DNA of 64,000 bases from Phoronis australis (lineage: Eukaryota; Animalia; Phoronida), in NCBI GenBank assembly GCA_002633005.1, contig NMRA01000024.1, positions 1,269,903 through 1,333,902 of the forward strand. Reading direction: 5' to 3'. The position numbers and the translations under genes were made by a program. The notes beneath the pieces were generated by a model. The model was given only the letters and a program-made list of their open reading frames with translations. It did not search any database and was not told the origin of the DNA. Shown here one piece after another: positions 50,601 to 61,580 of the stretch. Positions within the stretch are counted from its first letter, which is position 1, and each line of letters opens with the position of its first letter.

Positions 50601-53600
50601 TGAAGCGGAGTTCTCTTCCCATTTAATATAACTCAAACGGAAAAGACAAAATCAGAATATGTTTGCCAGTATCCCCGAATTTCTTACTCTACCGTCATGT
50701 AGTTATGGCCACATTCTACATTATTGGAGTCCATGGTGAGATACGAAACACAGGACTACAACACGGGTGGCTGGAGCAAACCATGCTGACAAACAAAGTA
50801 ATAAGTTCTTAACAACGCAATATGTTAATAGCGTCATGCAGGATCTTATTGCATTTAATCAACATCTGCAAAACCATGCCATTTAAGGTTATGTAGGACC
50901 CTTAGCAAAATGGCCAAATTTGGATACCTGCAGAACGTCACAGCTCAGATATGGCTGAAAGGATTCGTATGAAATTTTCAGATACTATAATTTACGCGCT
51001 GTCCTCTAAAATGCTGTCAAAACTGTTTTTAAGACGCATCACTTTTGCATGACAGACTATCACAATTACCACTTATGATTTTGAAGAAAAATCAAAAGTT
51101 GGCTAAAACGACGAAAACAAAGCAATAAGACGGAAAACTGTAACAGCGTTTTCGAGATTTTATCTTGGATATTTACATCAAACATTGTTTGAATATTAAT
51201 ATACATTTTTGCTAAAATTTACTAATTAAAGACATGGTCACAAGACCCAAGTGGTTGTAGTTTCAATTGGTATTAAGTCAAAATTCAAGTTCCAGAGTTT
51301 CTATTTTCAGAAAATGTATACTTTCAATTTTGCAACTTTGTAAACGTCAGACTAAATGCACTGACTCGTGCATGTCCAAATTTGGATACCTTCGGTATTA
51401 CGTATTGAGTCCTTCGTAACAAAAGTGCATAGTTTCTGAATAAAGTGGAAAGCATGTAGACATTGATTATTGACTTTACACCAATCTGGGCGACGTGGCC
51501 ATGTTTTTTATTAAAATTTAATGAAAAACATACATTCAAAGCAAAACGACGACACCAACAGCCCCACAAAGTTTGGTTTGACATGAAACACCACTACAGT
51601 TTCCCAAATCGTCCTTTAAACTTACATAATTATTCAAGGTTTTATTGAGATACAACACCTTTAACGTTTACCCTAGTTCAAGCTGCCATAAACCAGAGTG
51701 ACCACATTTGATGATTTGCCTCTACAAAACCGGTCTCCACTTGAACCTTACTCAAATGAAAATGATTGATAAGCTTTGGGGACGAGTGACAATTCATTAT
51801 TGTTTGAGACCGCGATCACCCCTTAAAATGAGACGCCGTGACAAACCAAATCAGCGAGCCTGGTCTCAAACAATAATGAACAGATAGGAACAATAATGAA
51901 CAGATATGAGCAATAATGAACAGATAGGAACAAGAAGAGACCAATACTGCCACAGCACGTGGTCTCAACTAAAAAGTAATTTTTTCGCCAGAATGCAAGC
52001 TTTTAGCAGCTTTGACTGCTTTGCATGCAAAACTTTAGCTGCTGTCACCAAAACAAATGAAGCATTTAAACACTTCTAGTGGACAGTTGATATGGCCACC
52101 ACCAACCCCCCTACCTCATTATGTCCCAGTCTGGCCATAGGTGATATGCTCAGGGCGATCGGTATCTGACACTGTTTCACCATGTCTGACGTGCACGGGA
52201 TGTTGTACATGGTCGACCTCATGAACCGTGGGTTGCAGTTGCCTGTGGGTGAAGTTAGCGGTCATCTTTTAAACTTTTACAATGTACAAGACTATCTTCA
52301 ACATTTGTGTGATGAAGTCAGCAGTGATTAAATAATTCACATACATTAACTAGGAGTTCAAATTTGGGTGCATTTTGGCACCACTGACGAACACAAAGTT
52401 CACATTACTTGAGTACCCATCGGCTACATAAAATGTTGAAGCTCTTCCCAAAGGCTGCACACTTCTTGTAACCAGAAGAAAACAAGTTCTCATTGCTCGA
52501 CAGCTAGCTTGACGCTAAGTCGCCAAATGCAACTCTCATAAGCAACTCACAGTACCAACTAGATACATCAACAAAAAAACTGTACCATGAGGAGCAACAA
52601 ACAAGCCCTAGTCAAACAAAATGTAGTGCCACAAACAGTACAAAACAGTGTAAAAAGTAAAAATAAAACACGTGCAACAAGCAACTTTGTTACAGATTGG
52701 ACAGGGTGTGCAATTCTTTTCAATTTGGGACAAACGAAATTCCTAGAACAGCCATATTTCTATTCCGCAGAGACCTACCACACTGTTGCAAATGTTCAAT
52801 TTTTTCCCAAATGTTTGGTAATAGCTACGCCGCCCAAACCTTGCTAAAAGCAAAGTAGATTTTTGTTGACGAGAAATTTGACAAAATGAAATTTCACCTG
52901 CCACCATATTATGTCCAAAACTGAAGACTTTATACCGTATATTAAAAGTCTGGTTCTTCCTGACTGCTTGACATCAATCAAAATCAATGAAGTTTGAGCA
53001 AAAAAAAAAAGCAATGACTGTTTCAAGGAGCAAGGTTTTAATCAGTAGTTGCTTCCACCATTATGAGCTAGCATTGACCTTGTATCACTGAGACACAAGT
53101 AACACAGAACACTGGTACACATGTAGCCTCAGGTCAAGCTCGAGTCAAGTCTTTGAATGATGAAATCACCTTTCAAACACACTGCTGACTAAGTTTGTCA
53201 AAACACTGTTAGCTAGTCAAAGACAGTGAGCTCTCACCCTGATCCTGAGTTGTGAAATCCGTAGTGACCAGGGGAGGGGTCACACCCCGGCCCCCTGTCT
53301 GGAACACGCCCGACCTGCTCTTCTTGTCATCCTGGATCACTTGAATCTGCGAATAACGGACAAATACACTGAACCCAGCACACCAACGTTGCACAGTTGC
53401 CAGCCTCAAGGTACGGCAATGACATTTAGCGTATATTTAGACAAGATATACCAGCTGCACTGCAGTTATCACCACTTTAGAATAAGGATTAATAAACATA
53501 CGACTGTCAGCTGCATTATACTATGGCATCTCAACTAATAATCAACCATATTAACATGAACCGCATATATATTAACTAGTGTCAGTATTTATATAACAAT

Positions 53601-56600
53601 AACATTCTTCCTAAGCCTTTAGCGGTTGGAATGTCCCAATTTGGTGAAATCATTGATCAAATGGTAAAACCTGCAATTATCTGCTGCAGAAAACAAGTGA
53701 CATAGTATAGGGCTACACAATCTCAACAACATCAAGAGACAAACGCACTTACCGGGCTTGGCATTTGATCAGGGTCAAGTCTCCTAGGAGGTACCTGAGG
53801 TTGACTCATTGGACCCCTGTTTCCCATCGAAGCACCCTGTGGGGCCCCAAATGGCTGGCCTCCAGGACTAGGAGGCGGAGCTCCAAAATGAGACATAGGT
53901 GGCGCACCATACTGAGATGTGGGTGGTCCTGCCTGCATTGGCGGCGCTCCTCCGAATTGTCCTTGTGGTGGAGGAGGAGCGTTCATTTGTGAAGTGGGCG
54001 GTCCGGAACCACTAAATGGTAATGCGGGTTGCGGTGCACCAAACTGGGAGGGAGGTGGGGCCCCCTGTTGTGGATGGGGCGGTCCGCCATACTGTGAAGT
54101 AGGAGGTGCTATGCCATACTGGGATGAAGGTGGTCTACCATACTGTGAAGTGGGTGGACCTGGAGGCTGAGATGGCGGACCACCTAACTGTCCAGAAGGT
54201 TGTGGTGCACCGCCGCTATAGTTAGACATGGGAGAGCCTCCGTACTGTGACGTGACTGGTCCTCCAAACTGTGATGACTGCGGTCCTCCAAACTGTGAAG
54301 TGGGCGGGCCTCCCAACTGGGGCGGAGGCCCCACTGGTCCACCTAGCCTGTTGGCTGGAGGTCCCATTGGTCCACCAGGCCTGCTAGGAGGCCCCATTGG
54401 TCCACTTGGCCTGCTGGATGGGGGACCTTGATGTGACATACCAGGTGGGCCACCAACTGGAGGGGGACCAGATAGACTCATTGCTCCCACTTGGCCAGAT
54501 AACTGAAATAACAATTATTGGAAAGATCAATTAGAAAATCGTCAACCTAAAACTTTCAGAATCGACTCATATTAGACCAAATTTCAAATTCTGGTGGTCA
54601 AGCTGGTTAGAACTGACAAAGATAACATACAATTTCTTTAATTCACAGACATATTGTCTAGTGATGTTGGATGAGTATCCCACCAGACAACAGTGCTGAT
54701 GACGGCTGGTGATAACAAAGAACAAGAACAACGCAGAGTGTTGATATGCACCCACTATGTGCATCATTGAATCCATATGAAAAGGGAAAGGTGTCGTTGT
54801 CTCCTTAACTATCTTTTTCAGTAAAGTGATTTATTGATAATAAATCAAAGAAGTTGGCATTGACATTTGGACAACAATTTGCTAAATTTCATGAAAATCC
54901 GTCACAGAATTTCAAAGATACAAAGGCAAATGCAAAAAACTAAGACTGCCACTCGAGGGCACAGTGGTAGTCGGATCCATCTGAGAATTCGCTTGCGCTG
55001 TCCCACCCAAGATTACGAGCACGTCTTCAAAATTTCTCTAACATCCATCAAGAGGATCCGGGAGATACAGCAGTGGATGCTGAACGAACAGCAATCACAG
55101 CATAATGCACCTACATATATAAATGTGGCCGAACAAAAATGTTGTGAAATTTCACTACTAATCTTTGTCCAAGTTGCATGCAATTTTTAGTTGTCGACTC
55201 ACTTTCGCACACATAATACTCCATCAACCAACACAGCGACTTTCAACAAGTTGTCGATTTATCGTAAAACGGTTATCTTCGGCTATCTTGTGGCAATGAA
55301 TATGGAGCGACAACACCTCAAACTAGAGAAAATTTTCAGATCATTCTCCTCGTCATAAGCACAAAAAAATTACATTGACACACTGCAATTGCTTAACTCA
55401 GGTCAACGGGTGCATAAAATTACGCTGTAATCCTGTCTTATTTTTGCTTCAATAACACAGTAACATGTTGGCTTCGGTGCTGTGATAAAAGTGACCACGT
55501 AACAGAATNNNNNNNNNNNNNNNNNNNNNNNNNNNNNNNNNNNNNNNNNNNNNNNNNNNNNNNNNNNNNNNNNNNNNNNNNNNNNNNNNNNNNNNNNNNN
55601 NNNNNNNNNNNNNNNNNNNNNNNNNNNNNNACCATACTGTGAAGTGGGTGGACCTGGAGGCTGAGATGGCGGACCACCTAACTGTCCAGAAGGTTGTGGT
55701 GCACCGCCGCTATAGTTAGACATGGGAGAGCCTCCGTACTGTGACGTGACTGGTCCTCCAAACTGTGATGACTGCGGTCCTCCAAACTGTGAAGTGGGCG
55801 GGCCTCCCAACTGGGGCGGAGGCCCCACTGGTCCACCTAGCCTGTTGGCTGGAGGTCCCATTGGTCCACCAGGCCTGCTAGGAGGCCCCATTGGTCCACT
55901 TGGCCTGCTGGATGGGGGACCTTGATGTGACATACCAGGTGGGCCACCAACTGGAGGGGGACCAGATAGACTCATCGCTCCCATTTGGCCAGATAACTGA
56001 AATAACAATTATTGGAAGGATCAATTAGAAAATTGTCAACCTAAAACTTTCAGAATCGACTCATATTAGACCAAATTTCAAATTCTGGTAGCCAAGTTGG
56101 TTAGAACTAACAAAGATAACATACAATTTCTTTAATTCACAGACATATTGTCTAGTGATGTTGGATGAGTATCCCACCAGACAACAATGCTGATGACGGC
56201 TGGTGATAACAAAGAACAAGAACAACGCAGAGTGTTGATATGCACCCACTATGTACATCATTGAATCCATATGAAAAGGGAAAGGTGTCGTTGTCTCCTT
56301 AACTATCTTTTTCAGTACAGTGATTGATTGATAATAAATCAAAGAAGTTGGCATTGACATTTGGACAACAATTTGCTAAATTTCATGAAAATCCGTCACA
56401 GAATTTCAAAGATACAAAGGCAAATGTAAAAAACTAAGACTGCCACTCGAGGGCACAGTGGTAGTCGGATCCATCTGAGAATTCGCTTGTGCTATCCCAC
56501 CCAAGATTACGAGCACGTCTTCAAAATTTCTCTAACATCCATCAAGAGGATCTGAGAGATACAGCAGTGGATGCTGAACGAACAGCAATCACAGCATAAT

Positions 56601-58027
56601 GCACCTACATATATAAATGTGGCCGAACAAAAATGTTGTGAAACTTCACTGCTAATCTCCGTCCAAGTTGCATGCAATTTTTAGTTGTCGACTCACTTTC
56701 GCACAAATAATACTCCATCAACCAACACAGCGCCTTTCAACAAGTTGTCGATTTATCGGAAAACGGTTATATTCGGCTATCTTGTGGCAATGAATATAGA
56801 GCGACAACACCTCAAACTAGAGAAAATTTTCAGATCATTCTCCTCGTCATAAGCACAAAAAAAATTACATTGACACACTGCAATTGATTAACTCAGGTCA
56901 ACGGGTGCATAAAATTACGTTGTAATCCTGTCTTATTTTTGCTTCAATAACACAGTAACATGTTGGCTTCGGTGCTGTGATAAAAGTGACCACGTAACAG
57001 AATGATGTCCTATGCCTAAGTTGGGGCATTTTGTTTCAGTTTTTGTCTGATTTAAGTAAAAACATAATTTTAACAAGAAAAACTATGCATTTCTTAAAAG
57101 GTCACAACCTCCAACCCCAGGCCTCTGACATAGAAAGTAGTTACAAAAGCCGAGGCCAGTGGAGGAAGGTAGATCGATTCATTGCAATGTTTATCGTTCA
57201 ATATGGGGTATAAATAGATGATTACATGTTCTCAGTTGTTATCCCCCTTATTTCATGGGCGGGGCACCATAGGGGGCTGGGGGGCTATAGCCCCCACTTT
57301 TTTCAGTGCTACGCCGCACATGGTCTATAAGCGGTGCACCACAGGGGGGCTGAGAGGGCTATACCCACTCCCTTTTTTCAGTGCTGCACCACCCATGTAT
57401 TTAGAGCCCTCGTGGATTTTGTACAATTATAACCCAAGGGGCATAATTCTTCAAAATCCACGAGGGCTCTAGATTATGGGGAATAACGACTTCGCCATGT
57501 AATAATCTATGCGTAATTTGCCAAGCTTGGACATTTTTAGGGTACTACATAACAGGGTGTCTAACATCTCATATTGAATGAGGTAAATTTAGTACAAAAA
57601 AGTTTGCCAAACCTTTTTAGTGCACTGAACTCACCTGATTTGGACTAGGTGCTAGATCACCATGGGGACCAGTCTGCACTCCATTCTGCATTGGAGGCCC
57701 GGGCTTCGCTACTGCACCCGCGCCATTGTACATCATCTGACCCGGAAGATTTGGTGGACCCGCTTGTCCATGGGGTCGATTCGGAGGCGCGCCCATCGAC
57801 CGAGGAGGGCCCATTGCAGGCCCTGGCGGGAACTGGCCACCGGGTACCATTGGCCGCTGGCCCATTGGGGGACCAGGTGGACCCTGGCCAGGTGGTGGGC
57901 CCATGTTTGGGGCACTGAACGTTTGGCCAGGAGGTCTCTGTCCCATGGGCATCCCAGGCTGTTTCCCAGGAGGCCCTCCATACATCTGAGGTGGCCCTTG
58001 ATTGTAACTACCGTACGGCGGATTCAT
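35663..58027 (-). CDS. SEC24C: Protein transport protein Sec24C/D (COPII coat cargo adaptor), 19 coding exons, ~1146 aa
   Basis: Exons (minus): 58027-57635, 54502-53753, 53346-53238, 52242-52115, 50346-50208, 49185-49070, 48032-47905, 47317-47239, 46143-46031, 45135-44925, 44104-43934, 43507-43411, 42965-42681, 41816-41622, 40566-40463, 39404-39317, 38528-38425, 36974-36885, 35803-35663. All are GT-AG and phase-consistent, totalling 3441 nt. Pro/Gly-rich N-terminus, [17 protein letters not shown], zinc finger [58 protein letters not shown] (the LIL cargo motif of the C/D subfamily) and [14 protein letters not shown]. Confidence 0.96.
37331..38147. mobile_element. PIF/Harbinger-type MITE in a Sec24 intron
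   Basis: TIRs gggctgttccagtaaaatccgtgtgggaggggggg and cccccccTcccatacagattttgctggaacagccc, flanked by the 3-bp direct repeat TCA on both sides. Confidence 0.85.
43810..43930. repeat. ~22-25 bp tandem repeat (5 units) abutting a Sec24 splice donor
   Basis: ccatgagacggccac(c/t)atttca-like units run up to the donor at 43933. Confidence 0.85.
46261..46645. mobile_element. Foldback/MITE-like element in a Sec24 intron
   Basis: Nested inverted arms gactcaaaatcga / tcgattttgagtc, attctgcttttt / aaaagtagaat and aatttgcacttgatgac / gtcatcaagtgcaaaatt. Confidence 0.7.
48606..48833. mobile_element. MITE-like element; related ends occur at ~5650, ~8860, ~31700, ~47160 and ~49650
   Basis: ctggagcccattccaagaaa at the left end and tttcttgggactggcccctg at the right end form an imperfect inverted repeat. 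Confidence 0.55.
51792..51932. repeat. 19-bp perfect inverted repeat followed by a 20-bp tandem triplication
   Basis: ttcattattgtttgagacc ... ggtctcaaacaataatgaa, then caataatgaacagata(gg/tg)a three times. Confidence 0.75.
55631..57003 (-). repeat. Near-identical direct duplicate of 54137-55508 (includes part of Sec24 coding exon 2) across a 122-N gap
   Basis: The offset is 1494 bp. Copy 1 ends exactly at the gap start and copy 2 starts exactly at the gap end. There are scattered substitutions only. Confidence 0.93.
57253..57397 (+). repeat. Short interspersed GC-rich repeat; second copy at ~63738-63880
   Basis: catgggcgg.gcaccatagggggctgg...ggggctatagccccca and ctttttcagtg(c/t)tgca occur in both copies. 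Confidence 0.7.
57402..57471. repeat. Perfect 20-bp inverted repeat with 30-nt spacer
   Basis: tagagccctcgtggattttg (57402-57421) and caaaatccacgagggctcta (57452-57471). Confidence 0.9.
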
Positions 58028-61000
58028 GATTGCACGAATCAGTTACACATGAGGCGTCACAGCCAGCAACCTGAAACAATTCATGGAAGATATGAAATTT
58101 TGATTAAAGTTTTCCATGTATTACGGATGTTATGGGAGGCGTTATTACAAGTTTGCACTACCTCAATAGTCTGCAAATACCTGAACTTAACACTTTTAGG
58201 GGAAGGTTAAAATTACAACTGTAGTGGTACACACATAAAAATATATTTTCCTACCCTAGGAGAAATTGACAAATAGTAACTTCCAGTAGTTACTGGTTTT
58301 AAGAATCTGACACCACAAAACTGCAAATAAAACTATTGGCATTGCTAATTTGTTTGTCAGTCTTCGTTTTAGAAAGGTCCTGGTTCTGTAGTCAACTCAA
58401 AGCCTTAAATCAAGCCATAAGAAATGAGGCTATAACCTATTGCCTTGGCCTTGCCTACCAAGGGAATTTATCATGTTCCTTTTGAATAATGTGCTACAAA
58501 TCTAAGGTACATTCAAAACCTCCCACACTATTCTGGCTAAAAACCATAACGGGTGCCACACAAAGGCCGCCATCTCAATATTGTATGACACACTCACTAG
58601 TCACTAGCAACCCTGAGACTGGCTGGTGTTTTGCTGTCAACGGAATGACAATAATCGAAGGCAAAATGCCAGTCAGTCACATGGTAGCTAACGATCAGCA
58701 AGCGTGTGCCACGGTGACACTAACAACCTCGCATGACATGGAGTGACAGGTGGTGGACATCCCAAATTTCATATTACTCTCCTGAGAGGTATAAGGCATT
58801 TAGTAGATATAGTGGTCCCTGATTTAGAGAACCAATGATTGCCTGGCTCTCTAAACCAAGGACTGCTATATCCAACCACAGCCAGATACAGTCCCATTTA
58901 CCAACACTAGAACACTATCTTACTACACTTAAATCTGCTCAGATTATCTCCACATGGTAACAAGTTGTCGTATTTTAGACGAAAACGTGTGACATTACTT
59001 TGAAAAATTGGGCATATAAAAAGGACGGACATCAAAAGCAATGCCAAGCAACCGTTTCTGCTGTTGACAACTTCTTCAGCATCCCCTGTGTAACATGCGC
59101 TTTTGCAGCACTCAACACTTAGTTAAACACCATGTTGAATTTGGCAGCCTGGCAAAAATCCCAGGTCGCGAAACAAAATCTGAGGTGACAAAAATCTCAG
59201 GCATCCAAATCAGTTCTGAGGTTTCCTATCCTTCTATACGTTGTATAAAAGTCTGTCGACAAAAAAGGTCGAACGTCAGTGGCGCCACCCACTCTTCCTA
59301 TTTAACTTGTATATGCCTAAGAGCAGGTGTACCTTCATTCTCCAACTCAAGTCCTCCTTGAACATAGAACGCAGACCACCATAAGGACTGGTAGTGCAAA
59401 TTTCACCCATCTTGCCAGATTTTTACCAAACAATTCTGACTCATATCTCTTTACTTCCTGTTGTAATTTAAGCGTTGTGGCAAATGCTTGATTTCACGAA
59501 ATCAACGAAACAATTCTGAATCAAAGGCAATATTTCTAGGAAAAGTGTTAGTAATTTAAAATTTGGATATCAACACAAACTTTGAAATGAATTTTGAGGG
59601 AATTATTGTCTGGTGACTTTGTGGGGTCTTTTTCAGGTTGCCAAACACAATCTGAGGTAGCCAAACCGAGCGCTACTTTAACAGACTATTTTTGAATGGA
59701 AACACAAAATGTCACTTTCCATAACATGTTATCTGGCAGTTCTAGGTGAGCCAACTCGTGGGCAAGACGGCCTTGCCACCTGGTGACTGCAGAATGTTCT
59801 AAAAAAGTTCCAGTGTTGTCTAAACCACAGCCCTTTGGGTCATTTTTACATCTACAGAAATTGTAACCAAAAACCGGATGGATCTGAAAATGGGAGGTTT
59901 TCAAAAATCTTACTTAAAGCAAAATCTGAGAAATAAATGACATAAACTTGTATGAATTCCAGTGCATTGTAATGCCCTCTACCATCTTGTTTTACAGCAT
60001 TTATAAACTCATTTTGATTTAGTGGACATAGGGTATTTTACAACAAATTTTTTAAGAGAGTTGTGTTCTAACAGCGAGTACAACAAAACACACGAGCTGC
60101 AATTTGGTGACAATGTTTCAGCAGCCATCGCATGGTTAGTCAATGGTCTGAACATACCTTTACCATACACCATATCAGCTAACATCATTACATAACATAT
60201 ACATACCGGAAGTTAGATATAGATGCACCTCAAGTCTAGCAAAGTTCACAATCTCGCCACTACATGACACGTATTTCAACTGCTGTGAATGGCTGTTGCT
60301 TGACCTTCAATCTGGGTCATTCATTGCCCGACCCTGATCAAAAGTCAAGCGGCAGGTAATCACGCACGTCACGCAGTGGCAAGTTTGCAAACCTCCCCGG
60401 AGTTGCAGAATATCACATGCATCACATTGCAGTACGAAGATTTCAAACCTAATCAGTCTTCCAGGTTATCTATATTGCTGTGTAATGGCGATAGGCATTA
60501 ATACCTCCTTTACGTATGGTTTATACTAGAGGTAAGATCTAACAGATCAAAACAAGCTACCAGAGTCTATCGCGGTGTGGCGTATGGCAACATAGTGCCC
60601 GGTGGTTTCCTAGTTGATTTCTTGAAAGACCAGTCAGAACATACATATGAATTACAGTGACAATAATTCTGCAAAGATAAGTCTACTTCACAAAAGAATT
60701 TACAGCAAACGGAAATATTTTCTCTGAAACGCGACGGAAAATGTGCCAATACGATACTTCGGCCGAGTGACTATACCCAACCTTTACCACTGAACATTTA
60801 CGACCACTGCAGTAAACACCAGGCCATCGCAGTCTTTCATAAAATGTTCAAGTTCAAGCCAAACATCTTCGTTCCTCAACGACCCAACAATAAAAATACA
60901 ATTGAAGATCACTCAATCAGCGTCAACGTGTCACTACGAGACGTTTATTCCGGTAAAAACTGATGAAAACGTGAACTAAACAAAGATTTTTAATTCACAC

Positions 61001-61050
61001 ATACGTGATAATACATAAACTCAAAACACGGGAACTGGTGGTGTCCTTAC

Positions 61051-61185
61051 CGGCCTGTAAAAGTGAAATCTGCAGAAAATATCTGACAATACTTGACACT
61101 AAATTTCTGCCACGTACAGAATAACTTCCTGTATACCGGCGTGACATGCGCAATCTTGCCACGTAATCCCACTAGACGTCGCAAA
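61051..61185 (-). promoter_or_regulatory. Putative Sec24 non-coding first exon and promoter with two TGCCACGT (CREB3/CrebA/XBP1-type) motifs
   Basis: Strong minus-strand donor CCG|gtaagg at 61051/61050. The ATG-containing exon has its own acceptor at 58070, so an upstream UTR exon is expected. TGCCACGT at 61108-61115 and 61157-61164, GACGTC at ~61175-61180, and an ETS-like ACTTCCTG at ~61124. Confidence 0.55.
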
Positions 61186-61235
61186 CTTGTATTGACCTCT
61201 CTGGTGTAGGTGATCTTGGAATCGTGATTTCTCTC

Positions 61236-61580
61236 AAGATCGCGTATGCGTGAACTTGGAATACGCGACGCAGATTGAAATTAACTCAAATAATCACGTT
61301 CATGTTCATAAAAATTTGCACTACACTAAATAAAATTACACTTGAATAAATAATGTTAATTTTAGCCAACCTTTTCAACTACTGGGGATCTATTTCACCA
61401 AGCAATAATAGATTTAGCCATTCCAATATTCCACCGGTTCTGCGGCACAAATTACGGTAAAGGAGTAAACGAGTGATCGTGAGGCCAATAATTACAAAAT
61501 TCTTCTCACTGAACAAAAAAAAATTCACGTGGTTGCCATAAAGAATATACAGTTCCAAGTTCACGCATATACGATCTTGA
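61236..61580. repeat. Inverted pair of the repeat family also found at ~8560 and ~31150-31440
   Basis: caagatcgcgtatgcgtgaacttggaa and ttccaagttcacgcatatacgatcttg are near-perfect reverse complements. Confidence 0.65.

Noticed and set aside
53765-58210. Plus-strand Gly/Cys/Trp-rich ORFs (53919, 54228, 55722, 57662 etc.)
   Set aside because: These are antisense shadows of the GC-rich Pro/Gly exons of Sec24.
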